44,878 nucleotides of DNA, taken from assembly GCA_027485465.1 (NCBI GenBank), contig JAIXRA010000067.1, forward strand, positions 1-44,878. The letters run 5' to 3'. The position numbers and the translations under genes were made by a program. How positions within the stretch are numbered: the stretch's first letter is position 1; each line of letters opens with the position of its first letter. Below are positions 27,623 through 35,802 of this stretch, one piece after another. The notes under the pieces are model-generated. The model did no database searches. It saw nothing but the letters and a program-made list of their open reading frames with translations, and was not told the DNA's origin. Source of the stretch: Bacteroidota bacterium. GTDB lineage: Bacteria > Bacteroidota > Bacteroidia > UBA7662.

Positions 27623-29221
27623 TTCTCGGGGCCGAAAAACCGCTAGAGGCACAATGCATTCCTCCAGTGAAATACCTCCGTGCTGAAAGGAATCCCTGTA
27701 GAGGGATGCATACTGATGAAAATTGTTAGGATAACAAAAAAACTGATCCGAACCGGCCAAAATATAGACCGAATTAAGGTGCTTGCGCGGTAATTGAACC
27801 TGCTCGGGTTGTTGAATGGTGTAGACCAAGTCATCCTGAATTTGTAAATTCCGGCCTTCTTTATAACGAAGATTGTTGGACATCTCCCGATCACCACTGA
27901 TGCGCACGGGGTCCTGCACTTTGATCATCCCATGATCGGTGGTTAGAACAAGGGTATAACCCCGAGCGGCGGCTTTTTGTAAATAATCCAAGAGGGGGGA
28001 ATGCTGAAACCAAGAACGCGTTATGGAACGATAGGCGGCTTCATCTTCGGCCAGTTCCTTGATGATATTCATTTCGGACCGAGCATGGCTCAGCATGTCT
28101 ACAAAGTTATAAACCAAGACCTCCAAGGGTTGACTCAAACCTCCGTTTGCATTTTCGAGGCTCTGTTTCGCCTGTGCCAGGGAGGTAATTTTTTGGTAAC
28201 CGTGGGCTGGATTGCGCCCGTTGCGCTTGAGCCATTCCCCCAAGAAAAAAGACTCGTGCATGTTGTGGCTGTGCTCGTCCTGATCCGACCACCAGCGGTC
28301 GGGGTAACGCCTCACGATTTCGGCGGGGGGCATGCCCGCAAAGAGCGCATTACGAGCATATTCTGTGCTGGTTGGTAGGATGGAGTAATAGGTTTCTACC
28401 TCCAATGCTCTGTAAAATTCCCCCAAAATTGGCTCAATAACACGGAACTGATCCAAACGAAAATTATCAATCAACAACAAGAGGACTTTGGGGTATTGGT
28501 CCAGGATCGGAAGCAATTTTCGTTGCAAAAGCTGATGCGAAAGGGTGGGCGCACCCTGTACGCTTTGCGGCTGTTTTGCGGGGATTGCCATACCCTTGGT
28601 GTTCAGGGTTCCGGCAAACCAACTAGCATAATTCTTCTTGATAAATCGAACAAACAATCGATTGGCCTCGGCCTTTTGCATCGCAAAAACCTCTTTCATT
28701 CCCTCGTCTCCCGATTCTTCCAAGTCCAATTCCCATCGCACGAGTCGCTGATACAATTCGGCCCATTGAGCTGCATCCAGTTGATCAGACATGCTCATGC
28801 CCAATTCGCCAAAATCATCGCGATAGGCTTCGTTGGTTTTGCGAGCAACCAGGCGTTTTTGATCGGTTACCTTGAGGATGGCCGATAACAATTGTTTGGG
28901 GTGGACCGGCTTGATAAGGTAATCGGCGATTTTGGAGCCGATGGCTTCTTCCATGAGGAGTTCTTCTTCGCTCTTGGTGACCATAATAACCGGCATCAAA
29001 GGCTTGATCTCCTTGAGGCGGGACAGGGTTTCCAGGCCACTCAATCCGGGCATGTTTTCGTCCAGCAACACCAAATCAAAATCCTCGTCCGCCGCACGTT
29101 GCAAGGCCTCGAGTCCGTTGTTGACCGGAGTGGTACGGTAGCCTTTGCTTTCCAGAAAAGACAAATGAGGCGCGAGCAAATCGATTTCGTCGTCAGCCCA
29201 AAGAATTGAAAGATTGGCCAT
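27614..29221 (-). CDS. porX: Response regulator PorX (receiver + PglZ alkaline-phosphatase-like domain)
   Basis: ILWADDEIDLL, LLDENMPG, VTKSEEE, LIDNFRLDQ, SILPTSTEYARNA, TTDHG and FQHGGISLEE. Confidence 0.95.
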   Translation of the reverse strand: MANLSILWADDEIDLLAPHLSFLESKGYRTTPVNNGLEALQRAADEDFDLVLLDENMPGLSGLETLSRLKEIKPLMPVIMVTKSEEELLMEEAIGSKIADYLIKPVHPKQLLSAILKVTDQKRLVARKTNEAYRDDFGELGMSMSDQLDAAQWAELYQRLVRWELDLEESGDEGMKEVFAMQKAEANRLFVRFIKKNYASWFAGTLNTKGMAIPAKQPQSVQGAPTLSHQLLQRKLLPILDQYPKVLLLLIDNFRLDQFRVIEPILGEFYRALEVETYYSILPTSTEYARNALFAGMPPAEIVRRYPDRWWSDQDEHSHNMHESFFLGEWLKRNGRNPAHGYQKITSLAQAKQSLENANGGLSQPLEVLVYNFVDMLSHARSEMNIIKELAEDEAAYRSITRSWFQHSPLLDYLQKAAARGYTLVLTTDHGMIKVQDPVRISGDREMSNNLRYKEGRNLQIQDDLVYTIQQPEQVQLPRKHLNSVYILAGSDQFFCYPNNFHQYASLYRDSFQHGGISLEECIVPLAVFRPREGV

Positions 29222-29254
29222 AAGTGGTTTAGGTGATTGATAACGGCCGAAACC

Positions 29255-29262
29255 TAATTTTG
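29255..29262 (+). promoter_or_regulatory. -7 promoter element for the HD-lpx unit
   Basis: TAATTTTG in the divergent porX/HD spacer, 38 nt before the TTG start. Confidence 0.55.
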
Positions 29263-29300
29263 GTCTAAATTACCGACGCTTTCCTAGACCACCCCGCCCC

Positions 29301-30524
29301 TTGACCAACAAAATCCTCAACGATCCCCTGTACGGCTTTATACGACTGGAGTCCAAGCTGATCCTTCGCCTGATAGATCATCCCCTCTTCCAGCGGCTTC
29401 GCTATATCCGTCAGTTGGGCATGACCTACCTGGTTTATCCAGGAGCCACCCATTCGCGGCTGGCCCATGCGCTCGGTGCCATGCACCTGATGCAAGAGGC
29501 CTTGGATGTATTGGCCCACAAGGGTTACAGCCTCAGCCCCGATGACCGTAGTGCCTGCCTGATGGCCATCCTACTGCACGATCTGGGCCATGCCCCCTTC
29601 TCACATGCCCTGGAGGGCTTCCTCGTTCAGGACATGCCGCACGAAGATATTTCCTTGCTGATGATGCAGGATTTGAACCGATGGTGCGACGGCGAATTGG
29701 AAACCACCTTGGATGTTTTTAGGGGATCCCATGAATTGCCTTTTTTGCACGAATTGGTTTCATCCCAATTGGACATGGATCGATTGGATTATCTCAATAG
29801 GGATAGCTTTTTTACGGGTGTCACAGAGGGCATCATTGGGGTCGATCGCATCTTGCAAATGCTGGATGTGCACCAGGGTCGCCTGGTGGTCGAGCGCAAA
29901 GGCATCTATAGCATCGAAAAATACCTGATGGCCCGCTACCTCATGTATTGGCAGGTTTATTTGCACAAAACAGTTTTGTCGGCGGAGTACCTGATGGGGC
30001 ATATCATGAACCGTGCCCGTCGTGTCCTCGAGCAGGGCCTGGACCTCTTTGTTTCCCCGGATTTGGGCCTATTTCTAAGGCAACCGGTTCGTGGCGACGA
30101 ATTTAGAAGCAACCCTGAACTCCGAGAAGCCTATGCCCGCTTGGACGATTCCGAAATCATGGTTCATGTCAAGACCTGGGCCCGGCGTTCCGAACCCATC
30201 CTGGAGCACCTCAGCCAACAATTAATGACTCGCCGATTGGCCGCCGTCGACTGGTCCTCCGAACCTGTTTCTCTGGACACGGTCCAAGGCTTGGCCCAGG
30301 AAGAGGCTCATCGCTTGGGCTTGGGAGAGGAGGCCTTGGCCTATCTGGCCCATTGCCGGCCGGTCCGCAAAGCCGTGTATTCGGGGGCAGAGTCCCCCAT
30401 TTTGATCAAAGATCGGCAAGGCGTGGTCAGCCCCTTGGACGCCCTTTCGGATCATATTCAGGTGGTGGATTTGCATAGCAAGCACGAGCGATATGCCCTT
30501 TACCGCCCCAAAAACCGCCCTTAG
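29301..30524 (+). CDS. HD-domain phosphohydrolase (SAMHD1/dNTP triphosphohydrolase-like)
   Basis: QRLRYIRQLG, YPGATHSRLAH, LLHDLGHAPFSH, LDMDRLDYLNRD and MYWQVYLHK. Confidence 0.92.
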   Translation: MTNKILNDPLYGFIRLESKLILRLIDHPLFQRLRYIRQLGMTYLVYPGATHSRLAHALGAMHLMQEALDVLAHKGYSLSPDDRSACLMAILLHDLGHAPFSHALEGFLVQDMPHEDISLLMMQDLNRWCDGELETTLDVFRGSHELPFLHELVSSQLDMDRLDYLNRDSFFTGVTEGIIGVDRILQMLDVHQGRLVVERKGIYSIEKYLMARYLMYWQVYLHKTVLSAEYLMGHIMNRARRVLEQGLDLFVSPDLGLFLRQPVRGDEFRSNPELREAYARLDDSEIMVHVKTWARRSEPILEHLSQQLMTRRLAAVDWSSEPVSLDTVQGLAQEEAHRLGLGEEALAYLAHCRPVRKAVYSGAESPILIKDRQGVVSPLDALSDHIQVVDLHSKHERYALYRPKNRP

Positions 30525-30587
30525 GCAAATATTAGGGCCCAACTAGAAGCCTCGTCCACCAAAATGGTGGATATTTGCGCAATATTC

Positions 30588-31652
30588 ATGAAGTTAAGCT
30601 GCCAAGAGCTCACCACCCTTGTTGAGGGCGTATTGCAAGGCGACCCCCATCGAAGCATTCTGGGTCCGGCCAAAATAGAAGAGGCGGGGCCCAACGAGGT
30701 TACATTTTTGGCCAACTCCAAATACCTTCCGTATGTGGATCGTTGCCGTGCGGGCTTGCTTTTGGTGGAATCAAACCAAGAGCTCCCTTCTCTGGTCTCC
30801 ACCTCCATCTTGCGGGTGGCGGATCCCTACCGAGCCTTTGGACTCATCCTGCAGGCCTTTGAACAACAGCGCCTTTACAGCCCTGGTCTCCACCCCCAGA
30901 GCTGGGTGGACCCCGAAGCGGTCTTGGGCGAAGGCGTAGGAGTGGGTGCGTTCGCGACGGTGGGATCTGGAGCGGTTATCGGAAATGGCACTCGCATCGC
31001 GGCCCATGCCTATGTGGGATCCCGGGTCAAAATTGGACGGGACTGCATCCTTCATCCCGGGGTACGGCTCATGGATGACTGCGAAATTGGCGATCGTTGT
31101 ATACTCTACGCCAATGCCGTGGTCGGATCGGATGGATTTGGCTATGCCCCCAATGCTTCCCAGGTTTATTCCAAAATTCCCCAGGTGGGTCGGGTAATTC
31201 TGGGGAACGACGTCGAAGTCGGAGCCCATGCCACCATTGATCGCGCCACCATGGGGGCCACCGTTGTTGGCAACGGATCCAAAATTGACAATCTAGTCCA
31301 TTTGGCCCACAATGTAGAAATTGGCGAAAACACCGTCATCGCAGCCCAAACCGGAGTATCAGGCAGCACCCGTGTTGGGGCCCGCTGTGTCTTTGGAGGT
31401 CAGGTCGGTGTTGCAGGTCACCTCACGGTAGCCGAAGGCAGCCAGATTGGCGGGCAAACCGGCGTGACCCGGTCCATTGTCGAACCGAATCGCAAATGGA
31501 ACGGAACCCCCCTGATGTCTTATATGGACAACCAGCGCTCCAACGCCGTTTTTAGGCGACTGCCTGACCTGGAGGCGGACCTTCGGCAACAAATAATCAA
31601 CCTTCAAAAAGAAGTGGAGGAGCTCAAAGCCCTACGAACATCCGGTTCCTGA
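30588..31652 (+). CDS. lpxD: UDP-3-O-acylglucosamine N-acyltransferase
   Basis: TFLANSKY, hexapeptide repeats, GSDGFGY, TIDRA and KIDNLVHLAHNV; likely start at ATG 30588. Confidence 0.97.
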   Translation: MKLSCQELTTLVEGVLQGDPHRSILGPAKIEEAGPNEVTFLANSKYLPYVDRCRAGLLLVESNQELPSLVSTSILRVADPYRAFGLILQAFEQQRLYSPGLHPQSWVDPEAVLGEGVGVGAFATVGSGAVIGNGTRIAAHAYVGSRVKIGRDCILHPGVRLMDDCEIGDRCILYANAVVGSDGFGYAPNASQVYSKIPQVGRVILGNDVEVGAHATIDRATMGATVVGNGSKIDNLVHLAHNVEIGENTVIAAQTGVSGSTRVGARCVFGGQVGVAGHLTVAEGSQIGGQTGVTRSIVEPNRKWNGTPLMSYMDNQRSNAVFRRLPDLEADLRQQIINLQKEVEELKALRTSGS

Positions 31653-31685
31653 ACCCTCAAAAAAATTTTAAACCCCGATCACCCC

Positions 31686-33083
31686 ATGCCCTCATTGGAT
31701 TACCAAAAAACGCTGGCTCAACCTGTTGTGATGGAAGGCGTAGGCCTGCACAGCGGAGCCCCGGTTCTCATCAAATTTTGTCCCGCTCCCGAAGACACGG
31801 GCTTTGTTTTTCGTCGTACTGATCTTCAACCCGTTGTTGATATCCCGGCCTTGGCCGAATACGTTGTTGAAACCAGTCGTGGTACCACCCTAGGACTTGG
31901 CGATGTCCGAGTTCTCACTGTGGAACATGTTCTTTCAGCCCTGACTGCTTCGGACCTGGACAATGTCATCATTGAATTGGATTCCCCGGAACTTCCGATC
32001 GGCGACGGAAGCGCCCGTCCCTTTATGGACGCCATTGGGAAGGCCGGTCTTCAAAACCAAAACAAGGCACGAACCTACCTTGAGTTAAAGGAGCATTTCA
32101 CCTTCAAGGATGCCGATAAAGGCAGTGAAATCACCCTTTTGCCGGATTCGCATTATCGATTGTCGGTGATGATCGATTTTGACTCCAAGGCCCTGGGACC
32201 CCAACACGCACGATTGGATGACCTGCGTGATTTTGACAAAGAAATTGCCTCCTGCCGGACCTTTTGTTTCCTTCACGAGCTTGAAGAAATGCATCGCCAA
32301 AATCTTATACAGGGCGGGGATCTTAACAATGCCTTGGTCTTTATCGAAAACCCGGTAGCCGATGATCAATGGGAATCCCTCAAAGGCTTGTTTGGGCATC
32401 CAGACCTTCAGCTTCAATCCGCGGGTATCCTGAATCACAAACATTTGTACTTTGACAACGAACCCGCCAGGCACAAACTTTTGGACATGGTCGGGGACCT
32501 TAGTTTGATCGGCCAAAGAATCAAAGGCCATATCGTAGCTCACAAACCCGGACATCAATCCAATGTGGCCTTTGTCCTGGCCCTACGGGAACACATCAAG
32601 CGCTCACCCAAATCCCTTGTCAACCCATCGGGAGACAAACCCAAGGTGGTCTTTGATACCAACCAAATCATGCAGTTTTTGCCACACCGCTATCCTTTTC
32701 TGCTGGTGGACAAGATTACAGAGATTTCGGATACGCATGTTGTTGGCATCAAAAATGTAAGTATCAATGAATCCTTTTTTCAGGGACATTTTCCGGGAAA
32801 CCCGGTCATGCCAGGTGTTTTGACGATTGAAGCCTTGGCCCAAGCCGGAGGTGTCCTTTGCCTCAACTTGATGGATGACCCAGGAGGTTATTGGACCTAT
32901 TTTACGCGCATTGATAAGTTAAAATTCAAAGGCAAGGTCCTACCAGGCGATACCCTTATACTCAAGTTAAACCTAATGGAACCCATTCGAAGAGGAATTT
33001 GCCGCATGGCAGCGACTGCCTATGTTGAGGACCAAAAGGTCGTGGAAGCCGAATTAATGGCCCAATTGGTTCGCAAATCATGA
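31686..33083 (+). CDS. lpxC-fabZ: Bifunctional LpxC deacetylase / FabZ dehydratase fusion
   Basis: LpxC motifs GVGLHSG, TVEH and ARHKLLD; FabZ motifs LPHRYPFLLVD and HFPGNPVMPGV. Confidence 0.97.
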   Translation: MPSLDYQKTLAQPVVMEGVGLHSGAPVLIKFCPAPEDTGFVFRRTDLQPVVDIPALAEYVVETSRGTTLGLGDVRVLTVEHVLSALTASDLDNVIIELDSPELPIGDGSARPFMDAIGKAGLQNQNKARTYLELKEHFTFKDADKGSEITLLPDSHYRLSVMIDFDSKALGPQHARLDDLRDFDKEIASCRTFCFLHELEEMHRQNLIQGGDLNNALVFIENPVADDQWESLKGLFGHPDLQLQSAGILNHKHLYFDNEPARHKLLDMVGDLSLIGQRIKGHIVAHKPGHQSNVAFVLALREHIKRSPKSLVNPSGDKPKVVFDTNQIMQFLPHRYPFLLVDKITEISDTHVVGIKNVSINESFFQGHFPGNPVMPGVLTIEALAQAGGVLCLNLMDDPGGYWTYFTRIDKLKFKGKVLPGDTLILKLNLMEPIRRGICRMAATAYVEDQKVVEAELMAQLVRKS

Positions 33084-33856
33084 GCACACTCAGCCACATT
33101 CATCCCAAGGCCAGGATTGGCAAGGGAACGCATATCTCTCCCTTTGTTACCATCGAAGAGGATGTCATTATCGGGGAAAATTGCTGGTTGGGCCCCAACT
33201 GCACCGTGATGAACGGGGCACGCATTGGAGACAAGGTCCAGGTATTTCCGGGCGCAGTTATTTCGGCCCCTCCACAAGATCTCAAATACCGGGGCGAACC
33301 AACCCTCACACGCATTGGAGACCGTTCCATTATCCGAGAATGCGTGACCATTAACCGAGGGACCACCGACCGCAACGAAACCGTGGTGGGCAGGGACTGC
33401 CTGTTAATGGCCTATACCCACGTCGCCCATGATTGCTTGTTGGGGGACCATGTAATTATGGCCAATCTGGCCACCTTGGCTGGGCATATCACTGTTCACA
33501 ATTGGGCCATTCTTGAGGGATTGGTGGCTGTGCAGCAATTTTTAACGATTGGGGAACATAGCTTTGTAGGCGGAGGCAGCTTGGTGCGCAAAGACGTTCC
33601 GCCCTTTGTCAAATGCGCCAAAGAGCCCCTTTCTTTTGCCGGGGTCAATGTAATCGGCCTGCGACGCCGAGGCTACAACGAAAACGAAATCAGGCTCATT
33701 GAAGATGTGTACCGGATCATTTATGTCCGCGGCTATAACATAACACGGGCCCTTGAGCAGGTCGAAATCGATGTGGCTCCTTCCAAACTCAGGGACCGTA
33801 TTCTTCAATTTGTTCGACATTCCAGCGCTGGGGTGATTCGGGGCATGCTTGAATAG
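33080..33856 (+). CDS. lpxA: Acyl-ACP--UDP-N-acetylglucosamine O-acyltransferase
   Basis: PQDLKY, IRECVTINRGT, HVAHDC and NVIGLRRRG. Confidence 0.97.
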   Translation: MSTLSHIHPKARIGKGTHISPFVTIEEDVIIGENCWLGPNCTVMNGARIGDKVQVFPGAVISAPPQDLKYRGEPTLTRIGDRSIIRECVTINRGTTDRNETVVGRDCLLMAYTHVAHDCLLGDHVIMANLATLAGHITVHNWAILEGLVAVQQFLTIGEHSFVGGGSLVRKDVPPFVKCAKEPLSFAGVNVIGLRRRGYNENEIRLIEDVYRIIYVRGYNITRALEQVEIDVAPSKLRDRILQFVRHSSAGVIRGMLE

Positions 33857-33876
33857 TTTTTTTTTGATTTTGTTCC

Positions 33877-34512
33877 GTGAGCCTCGACCCAACAACGAAT
33901 CCCAAAACGCCGGCTCTGGAAGCCTGTGGTATTGGGAAACATTACCAAGGTCAATGGCTCTTTCATTCCTGGAATGCTGTGCTGGAACCGGGTCAAGGTC
34001 TTGCACTTACCGGAGCCAACGGTAGTGGCAAGTCCACCCTGCTGCAATGCATCGGAGGCTTGATTCGCCCCGATACCGGCGTCATCACGTGGGGTGGTGA
34101 AAAGGAACAAATACCTGCTTGTTCCCTGGCCGCACCCTATTTGGATATCCCCACCGAATACACCTTAAACGAATTGGTGACTTTTCATTTTAGCATCAAT
34201 CCATTAAAATCCGGAGCCGATCCTTTTTTGCAATTACGTCTTTGTCATCTGGACCTTTCCTCCAATCTGTTGTTAAAACATTATAGTTCAGGAATGATCC
34301 AGAAGGTTAAGTTGGTCCTTGCGTTGTTGACCGATGCCCCCATTCTCCTCTTGGATGAGCCGCACAGCCACTTAGACCGGGAGGCCCAGGCTTGGTTTCA
34401 ACAACTTTTGTCCTCTTCCATTGCAGGCAGGGTCTGGGCGATGGCCTCCAACGACCCCAATGAATACCGGCTATGTAGCGCCGCTTTTGATTTGGGATCC
34501 AATCCGCCCTAA
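33877..34512 (+). CDS. Stand-alone ABC-type ATP-binding protein
   Basis: GANGSGKS, YSSGM signature and LLLDEP; no permease nearby; GTG start. Confidence 0.85.
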   Translation: MSLDPTTNPKTPALEACGIGKHYQGQWLFHSWNAVLEPGQGLALTGANGSGKSTLLQCIGGLIRPDTGVITWGGEKEQIPACSLAAPYLDIPTEYTLNELVTFHFSINPLKSGADPFLQLRLCHLDLSSNLLLKHYSSGMIQKVKLVLALLTDAPILLLDEPHSHLDREAQAWFQQLLSSSIAGRVWAMASNDPNEYRLCSAAFDLGSNPP

Positions 34513-34523
34513 ACAATCCCTTC

Positions 34524-35765
34524 CTAAGCCCTGCGTATCCAGGTGCCCGATCCATTTCTTTGGAATAGTCCGGCCGATTCCAAAGCAAAAAGAGAGCGCA
34601 CAAAGCCCGGATAATCCCCCTGATGCAATTCCAAAAGTCGATCGGCCGAAGCTTCTTCCAAAACCGCCAAGCCACGTAGCATTCGCTGGGCTCCTTCGCT
34701 CAGCATCCGACCTGAAGCGGGCAGTCCTTCCAGGGTCTGTTGGACTCCTCGCGCTGCTTTGACACCTTGAAGTTGGGCATCCACAGCGGTACCCGCAATC
34801 AAACGATGGGCATCGGCCCTGCTGTCTTCAAGGCGAGGCCTCAAAGGCCAATTTTGCCAAACCCTGAGATCGTAGGGCGAACACAAAAGCTGAGCCTGCC
34901 CGGACAAGACCAAGCGTAGGCAACCACGGTAGCCCTGATCCGTCACCCGCCCCGGAAAGGCGTAGACCTGCCGATCGTAATCATTCGCAAAACGGGCCGT
35001 AATCAAAGCACCCCCTCGGGCTGCGGCCTCTGCCACCAAAACAAGGGGACAAAGTCCCGCAATGATGCGGTTGCGTCGTGGAAATAGACGGGCATCCGGA
35101 CCCTGCAAGGCCCTGGTTTCGGTCAGGATGACCATACCAGCCGCCACCATTCGCTCGCCTAGACCCTTGTGTTGAGGCGGATAGTGCGTTCCCAATCCAT
35201 TGGCTGTCACAGCCATGGTTCCAAAACCCATTTCCAAGGCCAACTCGTGGGCATGTCCATCCACGCCGAGAGCCAATCCGCTAACGATGATGGGTTTTGT
35301 GTTTTGAGGGATCCAAGCATGCGCCAATTCCTCCATGAAGGCCCGTAGAATGGTACTTCCGTATTGACTCATGTTACGGGTACCAACAACAGCCAATGCA
35401 TAGCGGTAATCCAGAGGCAGATGCCCTTTGACAAATAAAACCACCGGAGGATCGTGGCATTCGCGGAGGTATTCAGGATATTCGGGGTCCACCAAAGAAA
35501 CCCACCTCAACCCCATGGATTCCCCCAATTCCCATTCACGGCGGGCCATGCTGTTGGCCTCTTGCAGCAAGCGTGGTCCATCACGCCCGGATAGAACACG
35601 CGACAAATTCATTCCCCAAGCGCCGCAACGACTCAAGGCCGCCGTGTCCGCTCCCAACAAGGCCTCTGCGCTCCCCATGCATTCCAGCAGACGTTTCATG
35701 GCCACCGGTCCGGTACCCGGCAGCGTCGAGAGGGCCCACAAGCCCGTTTGAATGTCTTTGTTCAT
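34524..35765 (-). CDS. dprA: DNA-processing protein DprA
   Basis: DPPVVLFVKG, AVVGTR, IVSGLALGVD, FPRRNRIIAGL and GGALITA; start moved to ATG 35765. Confidence 0.95.
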   Translation of the reverse strand: MNKDIQTGLWALSTLPGTGPVAMKRLLECMGSAEALLGADTAALSRCGAWGMNLSRVLSGRDGPRLLQEANSMARREWELGESMGLRWVSLVDPEYPEYLRECHDPPVVLFVKGHLPLDYRYALAVVGTRNMSQYGSTILRAFMEELAHAWIPQNTKPIIVSGLALGVDGHAHELALEMGFGTMAVTANGLGTHYPPQHKGLGERMVAAGMVILTETRALQGPDARLFPRRNRIIAGLCPLVLVAEAAARGGALITARFANDYDRQVYAFPGRVTDQGYRGCLRLVLSGQAQLLCSPYDLRVWQNWPLRPRLEDSRADAHRLIAGTAVDAQLQGVKAARGVQQTLEGLPASGRMLSEGAQRMLRGLAVLEEASADRLLELHQGDYPGFVRSLFALESAGLFQRNGSGTWIRRA

Positions 35766-35802
35766 CGGTTTTATTGCTAAATTCGGTTTTTGAAGTCCGG
35801 CT

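Noticed and set aside
27614-29221. PglZ domain as evidence of a BREX defence system
   Set aside because: It is the receiver-fused PorX form in its usual HD-lpxD context, and no brx or pglX genes are present.
29301-30524. HD protein as an anti-phage dNTPase or Cas3-like nuclease
   Set aside because: It sits in the standard housekeeping position before lpxD, with no cas genes, arrays or island features.
31686-33083. LpxC-FabZ fusion as a novelty
   Set aside because: This fusion is the normal arrangement in Bacteroidota.
33857-33865. T9 run after lpxA as an intrinsic terminator
   Set aside because: No convincing GC-rich hairpin immediately precedes it.
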